From contig SVFJ01000006.1 in NCBI GenBank assembly GCA_015056925.1, forward strand, positions 3,253 to 67,252: DNA of 64,000 nt, read 5' to 3'. The DNA is from Lachnospiraceae bacterium. GTDB lineage: Bacteria; Bacillota; Clostridia; Lachnospirales; Lachnospiraceae. A program made the translations under genes and the position numbers. This document shows, piece after piece, positions 8,912 to 18,363 of the stretch. The stretch's first letter is position 1. Each line of letters begins with the position of its first letter. Below the pieces are notes generated by a model. It worked only from the letters and a program-made list of their open reading frames with translations, was not told where the DNA came from and did not search any database.

Positions 8912-10360
8912 ATGCCAGCGATTAAGTTTTACAGTAGAGACCCATTGCCAATGGAGATGCACAAGGTGAAAATCGTGCAGAAGCTGAATTTGTTACCGGC
9001 AAAAGAGAGATTGGCAAAAATGAAGGAAGCAGGATTTAATACATTCCTGTTACATAATGGAGATATTTTCATGGACATGTTAACCGATTCAGGTGTTAAT
9101 GCCATGAGTGACAATATGCAGTCAGCAATGCTTCGTGCAGATGATGCGTATGCAGGAAGTGAGACCTTTTATCGTATGCAGGACAAGCTTGAGGAGATTT
9201 TTGGAATTCCTTATTTACTGCCTACACATCAAGGACGCGCATGTGAGCATATCCTTGCAACACATTTCGTGAAGCCGGGGAACTGTGTTATCATGAATTA
9301 TCACTTTACAACCTCTAAGGCACATGTTACACGTCTTGGCGGACATGTAGAGGAGCTTGTTAAGGACGAAGGTTTGATTTCCAAGAGCAATTTACCTTTC
9401 AAGGGTAATATTGACATGGACAAGGTAAAGGCTTGTGTGGAGAAGGAAGGCGCAGACAATATTGCGTACATGAGATTAGAGGCAGGTACAAACTTAATTG
9501 GTGGACAACCTATCTCTTATGAGAATATGAAGGAAGCAACAGAGTATGCTAAGGCAAATGGAATTGTAACAATTCTTGATGCTTCGTTGTTACAGGACAA
9601 CTTGTATTTCATTAAGACTCGTGAGGAGTCCATGAAGGATAAGTCTATCCGTGAGATTACAAGAATGATTGCGGATTTGTTTGATATTATTTATTTCTCA
9701 GCCCGTAAGTTCGGATTTGGACGTGGCGGCGGAATCTTAGTTCGTGATGAGAAGATGTTCCATGAGATGGAAGACTATATTACAATGTTCGAAGGCTTCT
9801 TGACATATGGTGGTATGTCTGTTAAGGAAATGGAAGCGTTGATTATTGGTTTTGAAGAAACTATGGATTTAGATGTTATTTCTCAGGGACCGCAGTTTAT
9901 AGACCATTGTGTACGAGCATTGGATGCGCATGGCATTCCGATGATTACACCGGGTGGCGGACTTGGTGCACATATTGACGCAAGAGCAGTAGTAAGCCAT
10001 ATTCCGGCAGAGCAGTATCCGGCAGGCTCATTGGTTGCTGCATTGTATCTTTGCGGTGGTATCAGAGGTATGGAGAGAGGAACCTTGTCAGAGGAGCGTA
10101 ACCCTGACGGAAGTGAGCGTATCGCATCTGTTGAGATGGTTCGTCTTGCATTCCCGCGTCGAGTATTTACTTTATCACAGACAGAGTATGTTATCGACAG
10201 AGTAAAGTGGTTATATGACCATAGAGATTTAATTGGCGGTCTTAGATTCGTGCATGAGCCAAAGAGCTTACGTTTCTTTACAGGTAGATTGGAGCCTGTT
10301 TCTGATTGGCCTGAGAAGTTAGTAGCTGCATATGAAGCTGAGTTCGGTGAGGACCAGTAG
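8912..10360 (+). CDS. Beta-eliminating lyase family enzyme (tryptophanase / tyrosine phenol-lyase like), PLP-dependent
   Basis: Collinear by eye with TnaA/TPL over the full length (MLTDSGVNAMSD, DDAYAGS, PTHQGR, HFTTS, FSARK with a putative PLP lysine, FPRRVFT, PKSLRFFTGRL). RBS GGGAGG precedes ATG 8912. Confidence 0.8.
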   Translation: MPAIKFYSRDPLPMEMHKVKIVQKLNLLPAKERLAKMKEAGFNTFLLHNGDIFMDMLTDSGVNAMSDNMQSAMLRADDAYAGSETFYRMQDKLEEIFGIPYLLPTHQGRACEHILATHFVKPGNCVIMNYHFTTSKAHVTRLGGHVEELVKDEGLISKSNLPFKGNIDMDKVKACVEKEGADNIAYMRLEAGTNLIGGQPISYENMKEATEYAKANGIVTILDASLLQDNLYFIKTREESMKDKSIREITRMIADLFDIIYFSARKFGFGRGGGILVRDEKMFHEMEDYITMFEGFLTYGGMSVKEMEALIIGFEETMDLDVISQGPQFIDHCVRALDAHGIPMITPGGGLGAHIDARAVVSHIPAEQYPAGSLVAALYLCGGIRGMERGTLSEERNPDGSERIASVEMVRLAFPRRVFTLSQTEYVIDRVKWLYDHRDLIGGLRFVHEPKSLRFFTGRLEPVSDWPEKLVAAYEAEFGEDQ

Positions 10361-10371
10361 AGATAAGGAAA

Positions 10372-10397
10372 GAATGGGTTATGCCCATTCTTTTTTT
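10372..10397 (+). terminator. Rho-independent terminator after the lyase gene
   Basis: gaatggg-ttatg-cccattc hairpin followed by T7. Confidence 0.6.
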
Positions 10398-10528
10398 GCG
10401 TAATTCGGGTAATGAAATTATTGGCAGTAATAACCAAAAAACTGGCATAAATTTGGAAGATAGACAATTGCATTTGTACATTTTGTTTGATATAGTTAGT
10501 AAGTCTAGACAAATTTTGTACGCTTTGA

Positions 10529-10542
10529 TGTAAGCGCTTACA
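10529..10542. promoter_or_regulatory. Catabolite-responsive element (cre) / LacI-family operator-like palindrome
   Basis: TGTAAGCGCTTACA is a perfect 14-bp palindrome that fits the cre consensus TGWAANCGNTNWCA at every position. It lies about 120 bp upstream of the pectate-lyase-like gene. Confidence 0.5.
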
Positions 10543-10663
10543 TTTGACTACAAAAAGAGTAGTTAAAATGACAATGGTTTGGGCAAGGTTATATAAGGAT
10601 GGGGAAAAGGTATTCCCGCTCAAAACATTTTTAGAAATGTTTTGAAGTAAGAAGGAGGAAGAC

Positions 10664-13600
10664 ATGAGAAAGAGCATTAAGAGAATGTCTAAGAAGCTTA
10701 TGGTAATGATTTTATCTGTTACCATGGCGATGTCGAATGTCACAGTGTTTGCTGCAGAAGCAGAGACAGCTACAGTTGTTGAGACTGAAGCAACAGCAGA
10801 AACAGAGACTGTGAATGAGACAGCAACAGCAGTTGAAACAGAGGCTGTGAATGAGACAGCAACAGCAGTTGAAACAGAGACTGCGAATGAAACAGCAACA
10901 GCAGTTGAAACAGAAACTGTGAATGAGACAACAACAGTAGCAGAAACGGAGACTGTAACAGAGACAGTAACAGTAGTTGAAACTGAATCAGTGACAGAGA
11001 CAGCAACCGTTGTTGAAACAGAGTCAGTGATAGAGACGGAGACTATCGTGGAGATTCCTGAGCTTATGGTGGCTGAGGCAGAGGCGGTAGCAGAAACAGA
11101 GACTGTGGCAGATGAGGAGACAGTAATCGTTACTTCTACATCTAATGCAGCTGTATGGAGTGCAGAGGCTATGCTTACTGCAACAAGTGAAGCGGTAAAT
11201 GGATTACAGCTTATGGGAGAGGGCTGGTCACTTGGCGGACCTGATTCAGCAGGAGGCGATACATTCGGAACAGACGGAACATATGCTAAGGCAGGCGGAA
11301 CAAAGGCACAGACAGATGGTTCTAATGCTAAGGGAACTATTCCAAATGGCGGATGTTACTTACAATATACAGCGCAGGATGACGGTACATTCATTATTAG
11401 TGAGAAGACACAGAAGAGTAATAAGACCTTCTATGTAGTAGATAGCAACGGAACAGTTGTAACAACAGCAGTGTCAGGAAGTGCAAGTACTTATGATGAT
11501 GTAAAGGTACCTGTGACAAAGGGCGTTACATACTATGCATATATGGCGGGCTCTACAGCGAATATCTTTAAGGCTGAGTTTGTACCGACACAGACAATCA
11601 GAACATGGAGTGCAGAGGCTCTTTTCAATGCCAATGCAACAGAGGATAATGGCTTGAAGCTCTGCGGAGAAGGCTGGTCAATCGGTGGACCGGATTCAGC
11701 AGGTGGAGATACGTTTGGGACTGACGGAACTTATGCAAAGGCAGGCGGAACAAAGGCACAGACAGATGGTTCCAATGCAAAGGGTTCTATTCCGAATGGC
11801 GGATGTTATTTAGAGTATACAGCATCAGCAAATGGCAAGCTTGTAATCAGCGAGAAGACACAGAAGAGCAACAAGACCTTCTATGTAGTAAACAGCGATG
11901 GTGAGGTTGTAAAGACAGCAGTATCAGGAAGTGCAAGTACTTACGATGATGTAACAGTAGATGTAGTAGAGGGCAAGAGCTATTATGCATATATGGCAGG
12001 CTCTACAGCAAACATCTTCCAGGTAAAGCTTATTCAGGGTGAGAAGGAAGTTACTCCATGGGAGGAAGTAGCAGCTCCGATTATTAATAAGGTTACAATG
12101 GATGCTGACGGTAATCTTGAGGTAGATTATTCAGCAGTGATTGATGAATATAAGGGTGCACAGCAGGTAACTGTTATTATGTTCTATGAGGGACATGAAG
12201 CAGGTTCTGTTACAGTAACAAAGCCTGGTATGGCTGTAGAGTTTGCACCTCTTTGGAGTGGTAACTATACATTTGTTGCAATTGCACAGAGAGCAGGCGT
12301 GGCAGATAAGTCAAGTGAAGTATACGCATATGACGGATATGTTCTTCCTGTTAAGAAGCCTATCGTAGAGCTGGCTCAGAACAGAGGAAATGGTGTTGTT
12401 TATCTTGATTGGATTAACGCACTTTATGCAGATTATTTCAATGTATATTATAAGGAGAGTGGTGCTGCTGAATACACTACTTTCGAAACAGAGGATACAG
12501 ACGGCTATGCAACAATTGAAGGCTTAACAGTAGGTGCTTTTTATGACTTCAAGCTTGAGGCAGTAAGAAAGGCAGACGGATTTGTTGCGACTTACGAATA
12601 TCCTAACTTCGTAGTAACTCAGGATGCACAGCATGAATGGTTCTTCGGAACAGTTGGTTCAGCTCAGGAGACACATGCGATTGTAGCAGATGCTGCAGGT
12701 AATACTTTACAGAAGGTTGATATGTCTACAAAGGATGAGGCAGCAAACAAGCAGGGTATTGCACCAGTGACTGTAGATGTTGTAAATACAGCTAATACAG
12801 TGGCATTTGCACCAACAGGTAATGGTAAGATTTCAGATGGTGAGGAAGGCTTCCAGTACTTCTACACTATGATTGACCCTAATACAGAGAACTTTAAGTT
12901 AACAGCTACATTTACTTTAACAAGCCTTTATGGTAATACCTTTGATAACCAGACAGGTTACGGTATCATCGCAACAGATATGCTTGGTTACAACTATTAC
13001 GGAACAGATGGTTTATGGATTAAGTGTAAGCAGCTTAACTCAGTATCTACACAGATTTTCAGTGTGAAGGCTAATTTCGTGGGACAGAGGAATATCAGCG
13101 GATATGAGTCTGTAGATACAACTGCAACAGAAGGATACACACGTATCACAGAGCAGCAGAAATTCCAGAATACAAAGCCAAATTATGAGGTTGGCACAAC
13201 CTATACATTTACATTAGAGAAGACAAATGATGGATATTATTCAAGCTGTAACGGAGAAACTGTAAAATACGAGGATTTATCAATCTTAAGTAAGCAGGAA
13301 GATGGTTCTCTTTGCATCGGTGTATTTGCATCAAGAAATGCAGGTATTACAGTATCAGATATTCAGTTTGAAACATCTGAAAGTACAGGTATTACATCAG
13401 TAGAGAAGAGTGAGGCAATCACACCAAATGCAGCGATTCTTTCTTCTAATAATGTAGGTACAGATGTATATGAGTATATCTATGTTCCAAATATTGCAGG
13501 TGATTTAACAGTATCTGTAAACGGAACAGCATGCTTTGAGGGTGCAGTTGAGGCAAATAAGGTAGTTCGTGTGAATGTTCCTGTAAAGCTTGGTGCAAAT

Positions 13601-15550
13601 GAGGTGGTATCTTCTCTTGTACCGGATGCGTCACAGAACCTCACAAAGTATGACACAATGACTAAGTCTACTAAGGTAGAATATCAGGTACTTGCAAACA
13701 GCAGTGCAGTAGTATATGTTGCAGCGGATGGAACTGCGGCAGGTAAGGGAACTTCAGAAAGTCCTGTAGACCTTGCAACAGCTGTGAAGTATGCGGCGCC
13801 TGGTCAGTATATTGTATTAAAGAATGGTACATATACATGTAACAATATTACAATCGGAAGAAGTGTTTCCGGTACAGCAGACAAGCCAATCTACATGGTA
13901 GCTGAAGATGTAAATGGTGTTGTATTCAAGAACTTTGGATTAACAATCGTAGGAAGCTACTGGCATGTATACGGTATCTATGTACAGGACCCAAGTGCAG
14001 TAGGTATTCAGGTATCAGGTAACTATAATACAATCGAGATGTGTACTGTAGAGGGTTCAGGTAACACGGGTATCCAGATTAGCCGTTCAGGCAGCGTAGA
14101 CAGAGACCCGGGTTATGAAGCATTATTATGGCCTTCTTACAACTTAATTAAGAACTGTGAGTCCTTCGATAACTGTGATGCAGGAAGAAATGATGCAGAC
14201 GGATTTGCTGCTAAGTTAACCTGTGGTGAAGGAAATGTATTCTACGGATGTATCGGACATAACAATATTGATGACGGCTGGGATTTATTTGCAAAGGCAA
14301 TCTCAGGCGAAATCGGAGCAGTTACAATCGAGAACTGTATCGCATATAACAATGGTTGGTTAACAGATGAAGATACAACAGTAGCAGGCTATGAGTACGG
14401 TGAAGGTAACGGATTTAAGCTTGGTGGTAATGATATGTACGGCGGACATATCTTAAAGAACTCTATTGCATTTGGTAATATTGGTAAGGGTATCACAAGT
14501 AACAGCTGTCCTGACTGTAAGGTATTTAATTCTACATCTTACGGCAATGCAATTGGAGAGAATGGAGCTTATAATATTAGCTTTGCAACAAAGGCAAGCA
14601 ATTTACAGAAGTGGGAAGTAGAGGGATTGATTTCCGTAACATCTAAGGATAATACAACCTTTGCTGACCAGATTCCAAAGTCGTTCTTAACAGAGAATAA
14701 TTACTTATATGATGGCGCTTTATCTTATAACAATAAGGCTGTAACAGTATCAGATGACTGGTTTGAGAATGTTGACCTTTCTATCATTCCTACCAGAAAT
14801 GCAGATGGTACAATCAATATGCAGGGATTATTGAATCCTACAGAGCTTTGTCCTGTAAATGCAGGCGGAAGACTGGATGTAACAAGTGATGAAGCTAAAT
14901 CAGTGAAGCCACAGATGCCTACAGTAGAGGAAACACCTGAGGATGAGCCTTCTACAGAGGAGCCGGAGACAGATGCACCTTCTATTGGCGGAAATGAGGG
15001 TACAACAGAAAATAAGAAGCCTTCAACCAGCAAGAGCCCATCAACCGCTACGGTGGAAACGACTGTTACAATTGTAGAGCAGAGCACACCACTTGTTGCA
15101 AATCCTTCATTTGGCGGTGTGATGACAGCTGAAATCAAGCTTTCAGCAGAAGGTAAGCTTAAGGCAGATGTATTAGCGAAGTACTATGGACAGTATGCAA
15201 TCGTTATGGTTCATGCAGGAAATGGTATCGGATACACAATTGATACCTTACAGCTGACAGGAAGCGAAGCAGACTTAACACTCAAGAATAAGATTGAGAA
15301 GGATGATAACTTCGCAGAAGGCTTTGAAACCTATAAGATTACGGTAGTAGAAGAGAAACAGTTGACCTATGAAATCGGTACACATATCAATGTAGGTGCC
15401 GAGAATGCAGGAAAGACTGCATATATCTTCGCTTTGAATCTTATAACAGGTCAGTATGAGGTAAAGAACGTTATGACAGTAAATGAGATTGGTAACGTAG
15501 TTGTAATGACTAACGCAATTTCGGATATGGTTGTATTGGTTCAGGAATAA
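10664..15550 (+). CDS. Large secreted multidomain polysaccharide lyase, PL9-type pectate-lyase-like parallel beta-helix core
   Basis: Signal peptide (MSKKLMVMILSVTMAMSNVTVFA). Then an acidic T/E/V repeat region, two copies of a 150-aa module, and Ig/FN3-like regions. The beta-helix block carries DGFAAKL, NNIDDGWDLF and GNGFKLGG motifs recalled from PL9 lyases. A Pro/Thr/Glu linker and a C-terminal domain follow. Confidence 0.7.
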   Translation: MRKSIKRMSKKLMVMILSVTMAMSNVTVFAAEAETATVVETEATAETETVNETATAVETEAVNETATAVETETANETATAVETETVNETTTVAETETVTETVTVVETESVTETATVVETESVIETETIVEIPELMVAEAEAVAETETVADEETVIVTSTSNAAVWSAEAMLTATSEAVNGLQLMGEGWSLGGPDSAGGDTFGTDGTYAKAGGTKAQTDGSNAKGTIPNGGCYLQYTAQDDGTFIISEKTQKSNKTFYVVDSNGTVVTTAVSGSASTYDDVKVPVTKGVTYYAYMAGSTANIFKAEFVPTQTIRTWSAEALFNANATEDNGLKLCGEGWSIGGPDSAGGDTFGTDGTYAKAGGTKAQTDGSNAKGSIPNGGCYLEYTASANGKLVISEKTQKSNKTFYVVNSDGEVVKTAVSGSASTYDDVTVDVVEGKSYYAYMAGSTANIFQVKLIQGEKEVTPWEEVAAPIINKVTMDADGNLEVDYSAVIDEYKGAQQVTVIMFYEGHEAGSVTVTKPGMAVEFAPLWSGNYTFVAIAQRAGVADKSSEVYAYDGYVLPVKKPIVELAQNRGNGVVYLDWINALYADYFNVYYKESGAAEYTTFETEDTDGYATIEGLTVGAFYDFKLEAVRKADGFVATYEYPNFVVTQDAQHEWFFGTVGSAQETHAIVADAAGNTLQKVDMSTKDEAANKQGIAPVTVDVVNTANTVAFAPTGNGKISDGEEGFQYFYTMIDPNTENFKLTATFTLTSLYGNTFDNQTGYGIIATDMLGYNYYGTDGLWIKCKQLNSVSTQIFSVKANFVGQRNISGYESVDTTATEGYTRITEQQKFQNTKPNYEVGTTYTFTLEKTNDGYYSSCNGETVKYEDLSILSKQEDGSLCIGVFASRNAGITVSDIQFETSESTGITSVEKSEAITPNAAILSSNNVGTDVYEYIYVPNIAGDLTVSVNGTACFEGAVEANKVVRVNVPVKLGANEVVSSLVPDASQNLTKYDTMTKSTKVEYQVLANSSAVVYVAADGTAAGKGTSESPVDLATAVKYAAPGQYIVLKNGTYTCNNITIGRSVSGTADKPIYMVAEDVNGVVFKNFGLTIVGSYWHVYGIYVQDPSAVGIQVSGNYNTIEMCTVEGSGNTGIQISRSGSVDRDPGYEALLWPSYNLIKNCESFDNCDAGRNDADGFAAKLTCGEGNVFYGCIGHNNIDDGWDLFAKAISGEIGAVTIENCIAYNNGWLTDEDTTVAGYEYGEGNGFKLGGNDMYGGHILKNSIAFGNIGKGITSNSCPDCKVFNSTSYGNAIGENGAYNISFATKASNLQKWEVEGLISVTSKDNTTFADQIPKSFLTENNYLYDGALSYNNKAVTVSDDWFENVDLSIIPTRNADGTINMQGLLNPTELCPVNAGGRLDVTSDEAKSVKPQMPTVEETPEDEPSTEEPETDAPSIGGNEGTTENKKPSTSKSPSTATVETTVTIVEQSTPLVANPSFGGVMTAEIKLSAEGKLKADVLAKYYGQYAIVMVHAGNGIGYTIDTLQLTGSEADLTLKNKIEKDDNFAEGFETYKITVVEEKQLTYEIGTHINVGAENAGKTAYIFALNLITGQYEVKNVMTVNEIGNVVVMTNAISDMVVLVQE
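10799..11014 (+). repeat. Coding tandem repeat, 36-bp unit (about 6 copies; degenerate copies extend to about 10763-11050)
   Basis: The unit gaaacagagactgtgaatgagacagcaacagcagtt, encoding ETETVNETATAV, is repeated head to tail with few substitutions. Confidence 0.8.
11156..12040 (+). repeat. Intragenic tandem duplication of a 450-bp (150-aa) module
   Basis: WSAEA...GEGWS.GGPDSAGGDTFGTDGTYAKAGGTKAQTDGSNAKG...YYAYMAGSTANIF occurs twice, starting at 11156 and 11606, with long identical nucleotide runs. Confidence 0.8.
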
Positions 15551-15560
15551 GAGTTTTGAA

Positions 15561-15591
15561 AAGGAATGGAGTAACATCCATTCCTTTTTTG
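15561..15591 (+). terminator. Rho-independent terminator
   Basis: aaggaatgga (15561-15570) / tccattcctt (15577-15586) perfect stem followed by a T-run. Confidence 0.7.
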
Positions 15592-15706
15592 TATTTATGA
15601 GCGAATAATCTGTTAAGTATTGCATTTTGTTTGAATTGTATATAAAATTATAATAGTAGGTAAAATGGATAACCATAAATTAAATTTGTGAAAGGGCGAT
15701 AGATAT

Positions 15707-17128
15707 ATGACAGAGAAGCAGTATAGAAAAGCGGATAAGCTGGTGCTGGCAACCCTGTTGGTAGTGCTGATTGGTATTTTCTTAAATATGTTAGGAATGA
15801 TAAGCACTGCGGGTGGTGGTACAAAAGCTGTGATTGTTACGGTGGTGAGTGTGGTAGGTACCATTGCGACGATTGTTGTTTATCGTATGAAGAAGGGGAC
15901 CCAGTTGTGTGGAATGATTATGTCGGGAATTACAACATTTGTGTGGGCAGTCATGGTCATTATGATAGACGCACAGTTTTTTTACATGCTTGGTGCACCT
16001 TTATTAATTTCACAGATGGCATATCTGGATAAGAAAAGAATTATCGCTACGTCTGCAATAGAGCTGCCGATTTTTACAGTGAAAAGTATGACGCTGGCAG
16101 GCAGGGGCGAGGTATCGGCAACAGAAGCCGGAACATCGGTGGTACTACTTATTCTGATTATTGTAGCTGTTTATATGATTACGAAGATATCAATTGCATT
16201 TAATAATGAAAATATGGAAACGGTAAGACGTGTTTCGGAGGAACTTGTAACACATTTTGACGGAGCCAATAAACATATCAAAACCTTGGACGATGCTTTG
16301 AATCGATGTAATGTTTCTATGCAGGAGATTGCTGCTAATATTGAAAGTACTGCAAATGAGATGCAGACGCAGTCCTTGAAGTGTCAGGATATCGAGGATA
16401 ATGTGCGAATGGCAAGTGAACAGACAGATGAGATGGCATCTGCATCCAGAACTGCGTTGGAAGAGGTTGCACTTGGTGCAGAGGCGATGGATAAGCTTCA
16501 TAATCATTCACAAGAGGTTGAGACTGAGAATAAGCAGACAGTAGAATATGTAGTAGCTTTAAATGATAGAACAAAAGCAGTACAGAATATCTTAGGTACG
16601 ATTGCCAGTATTTCGACCCAGACACATTTGCTTTCCTTAAATGCTTCTATTGAGGCGGCAAGAGCGGGTGAAGCAGGCAGAGGATTTGCTGTAGTAGCGG
16701 ATGAAATCAGAGGACTTGCAGAGCAGACTAAGCTGGCGACAGAAGAGATTACAGAGATTCTGGGAGAATTGAATCACGATGTAAAACTGGTTACAAAGAG
16801 TATTAATCATTCTGTTCAGACAGTTGAGGAGCAGAATCAGCTAATCGAAGAGTCAAAGGGTAAATTTGATGCGATTGATAAAGGTGTGATGCAACTGATG
16901 GAAAATATCAATGACTTTAGACGTGTAATTGCTGATATTACTAATGCATCTGTTGTGATTGCAGATGGAGTTACACAGCTTTCGGCAAACAGTCAGGAGG
17001 TTGCTGCTGCCGCAGATGATGGTACGCATATGATGACTAAGGCAGTGGATGACATGAATCAGGTAAAGGCGATTCTTAATGATATTTATGATATGGCACA
17101 GAATCTAAGAAATGAATATAATGTGTAA
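15707..17128 (+). CDS. Methyl-accepting chemotaxis protein
   Basis: Multi-TM N-terminus and the highly conserved MCP signalling hairpin ([38 protein letters not shown]). Confidence 0.85.
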   Translation: MTEKQYRKADKLVLATLLVVLIGIFLNMLGMISTAGGGTKAVIVTVVSVVGTIATIVVYRMKKGTQLCGMIMSGITTFVWAVMVIMIDAQFFYMLGAPLLISQMAYLDKKRIIATSAIELPIFTVKSMTLAGRGEVSATEAGTSVVLLILIIVAVYMITKISIAFNNENMETVRRVSEELVTHFDGANKHIKTLDDALNRCNVSMQEIAANIESTANEMQTQSLKCQDIEDNVRMASEQTDEMASASRTALEEVALGAEAMDKLHNHSQEVETENKQTVEYVVALNDRTKAVQNILGTIASISTQTHLLSLNASIEAARAGEAGRGFAVVADEIRGLAEQTKLATEEITEILGELNHDVKLVTKSINHSVQTVEEQNQLIEESKGKFDAIDKGVMQLMENINDFRRVIADITNASVVIADGVTQLSANSQEVAAAADDGTHMMTKAVDDMNQVKAILNDIYDMAQNLRNEYNV

Positions 17129-17152
17129 AGAAAGAAGGAAATCCTCTTATCT

Positions 17153-17188
17153 AAAAGGCTTAGGTGGCAAAGCGCACCTAAGCCTTTT
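17153..17188. terminator. Bidirectional terminator between convergent genes
   Basis: aaaaggcttaggtg (17153-17166) / cacctaagcctttt (17175-17188). The A-run and T-run flanks allow it to work on both strands. Confidence 0.65.
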
Positions 17189-17204
17189 GTTTCATAAAGG
17201 TGAA

Positions 17205-18113
17205 TTAGCGATATACTGCTCTCATCACAATACCTTGAGGGTGGTCGCCATAATTCTTACCAAAAAGCATAATTCCTCCTTTGGTAGTGGTTTGATTTTC
17301 ACATGAAAGTTTGAGACGAATAAAATCATCTTCTCCTGCATCTGAAAGAATATCTCTGATGGAATAAGAAGAGGACTCCAAGCCGTTGATACAGGTTCCT
17401 GTTTCTCCTATTGTAATTGTAACTAATTCTCCATATTGACCATAAAACCACCATTCGGGAGTAAGCTTTCCTCTATGCTCATCAAATTCTCCTGGACTTA
17501 CGTATTTTCCAAGTAGTTTATCGTGATTATAGAAATGAATGGTCGCTGGGTAATCTTTTGCAAGGAATGGCCCTTCACTGGATAGCTCCATAGAAAGCTG
17601 GATTTCAGTGAGTGTTTGACCTTCCGGCAGAGGGTTCGGGAAGGAATAGGTAACAAATCCATCACAGAACCATAGCAATTCAGCATCAAAATGCTCTGGA
17701 TATTTGAAATATTGTGGATTATCAAAATCAAAGAGCGGACGAATTTTATCGCAGAAACCACAGGTAGGATTGATTTTGCAGCTACTGTATTGACCAACAT
17801 TTAATTCCAAGCGTTCGTATTTACCAGATAAGGTTTGGTCAATTAAATCAACTACAATCTTAGATTCGCCTAACATGCAAAGCTTTTGCGTTCCATGTCC
17901 TACTGACTGTAATTTCACGTTGATAATTCCGCAATCAGATAACTTCTTAATATGTGCAGTAAGCGCGCCATTTGATATATTGAGTGCTTTGGATAAAGTG
18001 TCCATATTCATACTGCGTGTCTGTTGCAGCAATTCTATAATTTTCATTCGAGTGGGAGAAGAAAGGGCATCAAAGAGCTGCTGCGCCTTCTCTAAATTAT
18101 TAATATAAATCAT
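17205..18113 (-). CDS. ArsR-type wHTH transcriptional regulator with a roughly 200-aa C-terminal domain of unknown function
   Basis: N-terminal LFDALSSPTRMKIIELL...LSKALNISNGALTAHIKKL is an ArsR/SmtB-like HTH. ATG 18113 is preceded by AAAGGA; the track start 18140 is a TTG. Divergent from the arabinofuranosidase gene. Confidence 0.65.
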   Translation of the reverse strand: MIYINNLEKAQQLFDALSSPTRMKIIELLQQTRSMNMDTLSKALNISNGALTAHIKKLSDCGIINVKLQSVGHGTQKLCMLGESKIVVDLIDQTLSGKYERLELNVGQYSSCKINPTCGFCDKIRPLFDFDNPQYFKYPEHFDAELLWFCDGFVTYSFPNPLPEGQTLTEIQLSMELSSEGPFLAKDYPATIHFYNHDKLLGKYVSPGEFDEHRGKLTPEWWFYGQYGELVTITIGETGTCINGLESSSYSIRDILSDAGEDDFIRLKLSCENQTTTKGGIMLFGKNYGDHPQGIVMRAVYR

Positions 18114-18171
18114 ATTCGGATATCCTTTTAAATAAATCAAAAATACTTTAGATACATCTTATGTTCAAAAG

Positions 18172-18183
18172 AATGCTAGCATT
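18172..18183. promoter_or_regulatory. 12-bp perfect palindrome, candidate operator
   Basis: AATGCTAGCATT lies in the divergent regulator/arabinofuranosidase intergenic region. Confidence 0.3.
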
Positions 18184-18363
18184 TTAGTGGAAAGATGTCA
18201 AATGGATTTCAATGCTTTATCCTCATTTAAAACATGAGTTTTAGATAAAACTAAAACAGTTAAAATAAAACTAAAATAGTAATTGACTTTCATTTTAGAC
18301 TGTAATAGTATGAAATTAATCTCGCGAAAGAGTAGTGAAATGAGTAGTAAGGAGAAGTATTTT

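Noticed and set aside
9883-10743. 286-aa minus-strand ORF spanning the lyase 3' end and the intergenic region
   Set aside because: It is antisense shadow ORF of a well-supported gene. It crosses a terminator and a promoter region and has low-complexity, unrecognisable sequence.
10799-11014. Regular 36-bp repeats as a possible CRISPR array
   Set aside because: The units are directly abutting with no spacers. They are in frame inside a long ORF, encode a regular ETETVNETATAV peptide repeat, and have no cas genes nearby.
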